From: an uncultured Alphaproteobacteria bacterium
GTDB lineage: Bacteria; Pseudomonadota; Alphaproteobacteria; RF32; CAG-239
DNA: 64,000 nucleotides
Reading direction: 5' to 3'
Assembly (NCBI GenBank): GCA_944392235.1
Contig: CALXVZ010000007.1
Span: 7,787 to 71,786, forward strand
Shown piece after piece: positions 59,098 to 64,000 of the stretch. Each line of letters opens with the position of its first letter. The first letter of the stretch is position 1. The notes beneath the pieces were generated by a model, which did not search any database, was not told the origin of the DNA, and was given only the letters and a program-made list of their open reading frames with translations. The position numbers and the translations under genes are program-made.

Positions 59098-59913
59098 ATG
59101 AAAAAAATTTGTTTATTAAATTTAGTTACTTTGTGTTCTTGTTTTTCTTTTAATCTATATGCAGCAGAACCATATATTCAAGATCAAATTGATCAAATTA
59201 AAGATGATATTGTTGTTATCCAAAGACAACTATATCGTGATATGTCAAACACTTCTGCACCACAAGAATCTGTATCTAATGTGCAAGTTAAACTAGGCGA
59301 ATATGATCAGATGATCCGTGATATGAATGGCAAAGTTGAAAATATTGAATTCCGATTGAAAAATCTTGAAAAGAAAATTGAAACTTTTGATAAAGATATT
59401 GATTTAAGATTTGAGCAATTTAAAAAACAAATGCCTATAGTTTCTGCTCCTAAATCTACTAATCAGAAACAAGCTGCAAAGTCTGCACCGAAAAAATCTC
59501 AAGCACAAAAAACAACATCAACAGTTCCTGCTAAAGATTTGTATGAAAATGCTCTAACCGATTTAAAAAATAATAAATTATCTGATGCTGAAGCTAAACT
59601 TTCTCAATTCTTAAATACTTACTCTGATAATACTCTTGCAGGAAATGCACAATATTGGTTGGGGGAAGTTTACTATAAACAACAAAATTTTGCTAAAGCT
59701 GCTGTTGCTTTTAAAGATGGATATAGTAAATACCCTAAAGGGACAAAAGGTCCTGATTGCTTGTTAAAATTAGGTATGTCTATGAAAGCTTTAGGAAAGA
59801 AAGAAGAGGCTTGCACAGCTTTTGTTAACCTCCCTGCTGTTTTTGATAAAGTTTCTTCTGATATTTCTTCAAAAGCTAAAAAGGAAGCTGAGGCATTAGG
59901 GTGCAAACAATAG
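59098..59913 (+). CDS. cpoB: Cell division coordinator CpoB (YbgF)
   Basis: Signal peptide, a coiled-coil N-terminal domain and a C-terminal TPR domain (AQYWLGEVYYKQQNFAKAAVAF...). It follows pal. Confidence 0.8.
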   Translation: MKKICLLNLVTLCSCFSFNLYAAEPYIQDQIDQIKDDIVVIQRQLYRDMSNTSAPQESVSNVQVKLGEYDQMIRDMNGKVENIEFRLKNLEKKIETFDKDIDLRFEQFKKQMPIVSAPKSTNQKQAAKSAPKKSQAQKTTSTVPAKDLYENALTDLKNNKLSDAEAKLSQFLNTYSDNTLAGNAQYWLGEVYYKQQNFAKAAVAFKDGYSKYPKGTKGPDCLLKLGMSMKALGKKEEACTAFVNLPAVFDKVSSDISSKAKKEAEALGCKQ

Positions 59914-60971
59914 AAGATTTTGTTCATAAATATTGTTTAGAAAATACTCCTTTGGCATTTGGAGTATCTGGTGGTGCTGATTCTCTTGCCTCTATTTTGA
60001 TTTTTCATGAGATATTTCCCAATCATCCTATTGTCGCTTTAACTGTTGATCATGGATTGCGACCTTCTTCTGCAACTGAAGCTCATTATGTTGCTGAAAT
60101 TATGAGAAAATATGGCATTCCTCACCATATTTTGCTTTGGGAAGGTGATAAACCTGTTTCTGCAATAGAAGAAAAAGCTCGTGAAGCAAGATATAATCTT
60201 CTTATTAATTGGTGTCTAGATAATTCTATTCATCATCTAGTTCTGGCTCATCACTTATTTGATCAAGCTGAAACCTTTTTAATGCGTTTACAACGTGGCT
60301 CTGGTATTTACGGTCTCTCTTCTATGAACGAAACTACATTGCGTGATAACATAACTCTTTTAAGACCTTTCTTAAATACTCATCCTAATACTTTTAGAGA
60401 TTTTCTTACACAGCGAAATATCGAATGGGTTGAAGATGAATCAAATCAATGCACAGATTTTCTTCGGGTGAAAATGCGTAAATTCTTACCTGTTTTAGAA
60501 AAAGAAACAGGGATATCTCCTGAAAAAATTTGTTATGCTATTCGTAATATTCAAAATTCTAAATTCTTTGTAGAAGAGACCGCTCAGCATCTTATCAATA
60601 CTAAAATTCACAAATGGTGTTCTTCAGGATATTCTGTTGATTTCACCGAATATTTAAGTTGGCATAAAGAACTTAAATTTTTTATCTTAAACTCTCTTAT
60701 TAAAGAATTAGGCGAATTGGACTATCCTCCAGCGGCAGATACTGTTCTTGACCTTATTCAGAAATTTGATAATAACTTAACAGATAAGATGACTCTTGGA
60801 GGATGTATTATTCTTAAAGCTGACTTAAAATTATGGATTATCAAAGAATATCGCAAAATTAATCACACTTATTCTACTAATTTATGGGATGAATATATTC
60901 AAAAAAATCCTGAAGTTAGAGGTGTTTACATTCCATCCCCTCTTAAAATATCTTTACTTTGTGAAAAATAA
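59901..60971 (+). CDS. tilS: tRNA(Ile)-lysidine synthase
   Basis: GTG start overlapping the cpoB stop. PP-loop GVSGGADS; LAHHLFDQAETFLMRLQRGSG. Confidence 0.85.
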   Translation: MQTIEDFVHKYCLENTPLAFGVSGGADSLASILIFHEIFPNHPIVALTVDHGLRPSSATEAHYVAEIMRKYGIPHHILLWEGDKPVSAIEEKAREARYNLLINWCLDNSIHHLVLAHHLFDQAETFLMRLQRGSGIYGLSSMNETTLRDNITLLRPFLNTHPNTFRDFLTQRNIEWVEDESNQCTDFLRVKMRKFLPVLEKETGISPEKICYAIRNIQNSKFFVEETAQHLINTKIHKWCSSGYSVDFTEYLSWHKELKFFILNSLIKELGELDYPPAADTVLDLIQKFDNNLTDKMTLGGCIILKADLKLWIIKEYRKINHTYSTNLWDEYIQKNPEVRGVYIPSPLKISLLCEK

Positions 60972-61036
60972 TAAAAAAATTAAAAAAAATGCTTGCATTT
61001 ATCTTTTTTGTTAGTTATAAGTGTTTTTGTTCTGAT

Positions 61037-61113
61037 GGGGGCGTAGTTCAGTTGGTTAGAATACATGCCTGTCACGCATGGGGTCGCGGGTTCGAGCCCC
61101 GTCGCTCCCGCCA
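61037..61113 (+). tRNA. tRNA-Asp (anticodon GUC)
   Basis: 77 nt and nearly identical in layout to E. coli tRNA-Asp. Acceptor GGGGGCG/CGCTCCC, anticodon stem CATGC/GCATG with loop CUGUCAC, T-loop GGTTCGAGC, and an encoded CCA. Confidence 0.93.
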
Positions 61114-61123
61114 TTAGATTAAA

Positions 61124-61149
61124 AGACTACTTCGGTAGTCTTTTTTTTT
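61124..61149 (+). terminator. Rho-independent terminator after tRNA-Asp
   Basis: agactac-ttcg-gtagtct followed by 9 T. Confidence 0.75.
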
Positions 61150-61175
61150 ATGTCTTTTTTACTGTATATGTGTCA

Positions 61176-61197
61176 AAAGCAGTCTTTCGACTGCTTT
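61176..61197 (-). terminator. Hairpin terminator of the minus-strand ASCH operon
   Basis: aaagcagtc-tttc-gactgcttt lies immediately after the stop at 61200. On the minus strand it is followed by TTTT. Confidence 0.5.
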
Positions 61198-61199
61198 CC

Positions 61200-61535
61200 C
61201 TATATTCTCCTTATCTCTATTCCCAAAACACCATTTTTCTGCTGCTCTGCTATTGGATAAAATTCTTCCATTATTTTCAGAGCCTCTTTAGCTGTTAATG
61301 TAAATCCGGCTTTCTTTATATCTATCCTATTGAAAAGGTCTTCAAAATCATTTGCTTTATGTAAAGCGAGCACTTCTACTTGTATTTTATCTTGTGCATC
61401 TTCAAAACAAGTAAATTCTATTATTTCTCCAATTCTTATTTTTTGCCTTTTTTCATCAAACAATCGCAATTCAATTGTTTTTTCTCCACTTTTTAATTTT
61501 GCATAATAAGTCTGGCGGACTTTCATTTCATACAT
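61200..61535 (-). CDS. ASCH (PUA-like) domain protein
   Basis: From MYEMKVRQTYYAKLKSGEKTIELRLFDEKRQKIRIGEIIEF... the pattern is typical of an ASCH beta-barrel. Met 61535 is chosen because it avoids overlap with the upstream gene. Confidence 0.6.
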   Translation of the reverse strand: MYEMKVRQTYYAKLKSGEKTIELRLFDEKRQKIRIGEIIEFTCFEDAQDKIQVEVLALHKANDFEDLFNRIDIKKAGFTLTAKEALKIMEEFYPIAEQQKNGVLGIEIRRI

Positions 61536-61548
61536 ATTTTGATGCCTT

Positions 61549-61953
61549 TTATTTTTCAAAAAAATCAACAGAAACGTAATTAACTTTTTCCCAAACAGCT
61601 CCAAGAGCTCCTGGTTTTACTCCTAAATAAATTTGTGTATCTTGATTAATGTTAAAAAGCTTTTGCAGATCAGAAAAATTCTCCTTCACTGTTTTATAAT
61701 TTTCGGCTTTTAATTCCCAGTTTTCTCCTTCTTTTATATCTTCTCCTTGATATAATACTAAAGTATTATCCATAAAATATCCCCTTGGATTATTCTTTAT
61801 AATCTCCTTAATTCTTTCTGCACTAATTCCTAAGAACTGTAAAATCTCTCTATGAGACAATATACTACCTTTTTGTGCTACTACTACCCCTATTTGCGGA
61901 ATGATAATAAATGCACGTCGTTTTTGATGATATGCTTTAACGTCATCAGACAT
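61549..61953 (-). CDS. Hypothetical protein (134 aa)
   Basis: An ORF with coding-like composition, 13 nt upstream of the ASCH gene. I recognise no family. Confidence 0.45.
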   Translation of the reverse strand: MSDDVKAYHQKRRAFIIIPQIGVVVAQKGSILSHREILQFLGISAERIKEIIKNNPRGYFMDNTLVLYQGEDIKEGENWELKAENYKTVKENFSDLQKLFNINQDTQIYLGVKPGALGAVWEKVNYVSVDFFEK

Positions 61954-62022
61954 AATGTTTTCCTTCTTGCATTTAAACTACTTTTTTTATATACTTGGCT
62001 TTATTGAAAAAGGGTTAATTGT

Positions 62023-62901
62023 ATGCATGATATTTGGAATCCATGGCACGGATGTATTAAAAAAAGTGAGGGTTGCCAACATTGTTATATGTATTTTTTA
62101 GATAAACAACGTGGTGGAAATGGACGGAATATTTATAAAGTAAAAAATAACTTCGCTTATCCTTTAAGCAAAAATAAAGATGGCTCTTACAAAATTAAAA
62201 GCAGTGAGCATATTCGTGTTTGTATGACTTCAGATTTTTTTCTTGAAGAAGCAGATGAATGGCGTATAGATGCTTGGAAAATCATTAAACAAAGGTCTGA
62301 TGTTGTATTTATCCTTATTACCAAACGGCCTGAGAGAATTGCTCAAGTTTTACCTCCTGATTGGGGTGATGGGTGGGAAAATGTTTTTCTGAACGTTACA
62401 TGCGAAAATCAAATTCGTGCGGATGAGCGCATCCCTATTCTTTTGAAACTTCCTTTTAAACATAAAGGTATTTTTGTTGCCCCTTTTATTGCTCCTGTCA
62501 GTATAAAAAAATATTTAACTTACAATCAAATTGAGCAAGTAGTCGCCGGAGGTGAAAATTACGATGGTTCTCGTCCTCTTGATTATCAATGGGTAAAAAG
62601 TTTATATCAAGAATGTGTTGAAGCTAACATTACTTTTTGTTTTATGGAAACCGGAACATACTTTATTAAAGACGGAAAAACTTATCATTTACCCAGCAAA
62701 CAATTACAAAGTGTTATGGCTTTTAAATCAGGTTTACAATTTCAAGGAAAATCTCCAGTATTTAAATTATCCCCTACCGAGCAAGCTGATTTATTTAATC
62801 ATACTAAACTATACGTTAAATTTTTTGCTGAACGCTGTCAAACCTGCGGTTACAAAATCTTATGCAATGGGTGCGCCAAGTGTGGAAACTGTTCCAGATA
62901 A
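62023..62901 (+). CDS. DUF5131 (phage Gp37/Gp68 family) protein with an extra C-terminal Cys cluster
   Basis: WNPWHGCIKKSEGCQHCY, IRVCMTSDFF, FILITKRPERI, NVFLNVTCENQ and VVAGGENYDGSRPLDYQWV...ITFCFMETG match the family blocks. The tail reads CQTCGYKILCNGCAKCGNC. Confidence 0.75.
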   Translation: MHDIWNPWHGCIKKSEGCQHCYMYFLDKQRGGNGRNIYKVKNNFAYPLSKNKDGSYKIKSSEHIRVCMTSDFFLEEADEWRIDAWKIIKQRSDVVFILITKRPERIAQVLPPDWGDGWENVFLNVTCENQIRADERIPILLKLPFKHKGIFVAPFIAPVSIKKYLTYNQIEQVVAGGENYDGSRPLDYQWVKSLYQECVEANITFCFMETGTYFIKDGKTYHLPSKQLQSVMAFKSGLQFQGKSPVFKLSPTEQADLFNHTKLYVKFFAERCQTCGYKILCNGCAKCGNCSR

Positions 62902-63474
62902 TTCTATCTCTTTTATATGTTCATATAAATCATATGATGAATAACAGCGATGAATGTTTTTTCCTTTACAATCTGTATTATAATGAGAATCAAAACATAT
63001 ACAATTCATATACTCAGATAATTCCTTGATATGTTTTGGAGAATCTTCTATCATCACATCAATTTTGTTATCTAAGCACGCTTGTAGTTTACTTCCATTA
63101 TTAAACACAATTTTATCATAAGGAAGTTTTTCTTTTGCCAACCACTCTTTTACCCAACTCTTCATTATTTCCATTGGAACTATCGGAGCTGAGCGATTGG
63201 TTATGATTATAATTGTATGTTGCTTTTTTAATTCCGTCATTACATCTGATAGGCCTAAGCGTGATGGATATTCTGTGCAATATTTTTCTATATATTCTTT
63301 CCAAAATTTATTTTCTGTTTCTTTATCGCAAGCAAACATTTCCACTATATCATCATTATTAATTTGACTAATCTCTATATTTTTAATGGTTGTTCTTAAA
63401 AATTTACAGCCATATGTTGCTATGAATGTTTCAAAATCTGTTAAAACTCCATCTATATCAAAGCCTATATTCAT
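62860..63474 (-). CDS. HAD-superfamily 5'(3')-deoxyribonucleotidase-like (NT5C-like) phosphatase
   Basis: HAD motif I FDIDGVLTD and motif-IV-like DVMIEDSPKHI; about 200 aa. Its 3' end overlaps the convergent DUF5131 gene by 42 nt. Confidence 0.7.
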   Translation of the reverse strand: MNIGFDIDGVLTDFETFIATYGCKFLRTTIKNIEISQINNDDIVEMFACDKETENKFWKEYIEKYCTEYPSRLGLSDVMTELKKQHTIIIITNRSAPIVPMEIMKSWVKEWLAKEKLPYDKIVFNNGSKLQACLDNKIDVMIEDSPKHIKELSEYMNCICFDSHYNTDCKGKNIHRCYSSYDLYEHIKEIELSGTVSTLGAPIA

Positions 63475-63523
63475 TGTCTTTCTCCTTTATCTTTTTATTA
63501 TTTTATATTCCTCTTAAACGCAA

Positions 63524-63559
63524 TAAAAAAACACGCTTCAAAATAAAGCGTGTTTTTTT
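63524..63559. terminator. Bidirectional rho-independent terminator
   Basis: aaaaaaa-acacgct-tcaaaataa-agcgtgt-tttttt lies just downstream of the minus-strand stop at 63573. Confidence 0.7.
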
Positions 63560-63572
63560 ATTTACTTTTTAC

Positions 63573-63995
63573 CTATATAGCAAATGCATTTTGCTGAATT
63601 TTTTTGTAATCATGCTCCGGCTTAGTCTGAGAAGTTGTTGTAAAACTTTTTTGCTTACTAAATCTTGTTAAGACTTTTTCCAATTTCTGATTGACATCTT
63701 GCAAATTTATCTCAAAGCCGAGATTTTCTTGTTGCTTAAGCAAGGTCAGAATAAATATTTCTGAGGGGTTACAATATATTATATCCCGTCCATTGCAATG
63801 ATTCAACATTGTTTTCAACTGATTTGCATTAGACGGCAATCTTTCTATTATAACCTCCGTTATATGCTGAACTTGTTTATAAAGATATTCGTTATAATCT
63901 GCTTTCTTGTTTATATCATGCCAAGGATGAATATAAATTTCCGGCTTTATAGCGCTCTTATCCATTGCTATACATACAGGAAGCATGACAGCCAT
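63573..63995 (-). CDS. Hypothetical protein (may extend 5' beyond the window)
   Basis: A 140-aa ORF whose listed Met is 5 nt from the window edge. I recognise no family. Confidence 0.4.
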   Translation of the reverse strand: MAVMLPVCIAMDKSAIKPEIYIHPWHDINKKADYNEYLYKQVQHITEVIIERLPSNANQLKTMLNHCNGRDIIYCNPSEIFILTLLKQQENLGFEINLQDVNQKLEKVLTRFSKQKSFTTTSQTKPEHDYKKIQQNAFAI

Positions 63996-64000
63996 AAATT

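Noticed and set aside
61065-61298. 77-aa plus-strand ORF beginning inside tRNA-Asp.
   Set aside because: It overlaps the tRNA, two terminator hairpins and the 3' end of the ASCH gene, so it is not a plausible gene.
61200-61953. The two-gene minus-strand operon (unknown 134 aa plus ASCH) was considered as a toxin-antitoxin pair.
   Set aside because: The sizes fit, but neither product shows a recognisable toxin or antitoxin (HTH/RHH) signature. ASCH is not a known TA component.
61114-64000. Search by eye for an integrase gene or a direct repeat of the tRNA-Asp 3' end (att site) that would delimit a genomic island.
   Set aside because: None was found within the window, so the island interpretation remains a hypothesis. 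If the cluster is an island, its far boundary would lie beyond nt 64000.

Overview
The window is an AT-rich, densely packed chromosomal segment, roughly one third G+C by eye. It looks alphaproteobacterial: gcrA, rpoZ-spoT-acpS, hflKC-degP, pal-cpoB-tilS, a long-form HPF and a single-Cys L36 are all present. TGA is used as a stop, so the genetic code is standard. An LRR/FNIP-like protein, the absence of rpoN and several broken canonical operons suggest a host-associated or intracellular lineage, but that is inference. I call about 60 CDS and one tRNA-Asp(GUC). I saw no rRNA, CRISPR array, transposase, integrase or prophage.

Most of the content is housekeeping:
- leuS(5' partial)-lptE-holA and clpX-clpP
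- mlaD x2 with a DUF2155 gene
- a GldA/F/G-like ABC module
- ettA, rpmJ (missing from the ORF track), acpS, spoT, rpoZ, gcrA, apbC
- hflK-hflC-degP-holC
- kdsD-lptC/A-lptB-hpf-ptsN
- a ferredoxin, gltX, a split MacAB-type pump with adaptor and TolC, rsmB, ftsK, fabD-fabG
- mraZ-rsmH-ftsL-ftsI and pal-cpoB-tilS

The candidates most worth a second look are:
1. A 1003-aa SF2 DEAH helicase whose C-terminal half is five tandem 89-aa (267-nt) repeats of a module I cannot place.
2. A NodT/TolC-like lipoprotein with a C-terminal dystroglycan-type cadherin-like domain, followed 12 nt later by a GT-C (PMT/ArnT-like) membrane glycosyltransferase. A solitary VirB8-like gene is transcribed divergently from this pair.
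3. A small accessory cluster downstream of tRNA-Asp: an ASCH protein, an unknown, a DUF5131 protein with two cysteine clusters, an NT5C-like phosphatase and another unknown.
4. An apparent LptC-LptA fusion.
5. Four 10-bp-phased direct repeats, plus two DnaA-box-like 9-mers, upstream of mraZ.

All family calls come from reading the translations by eye. No searches were run, so the functional links are hypotheses.
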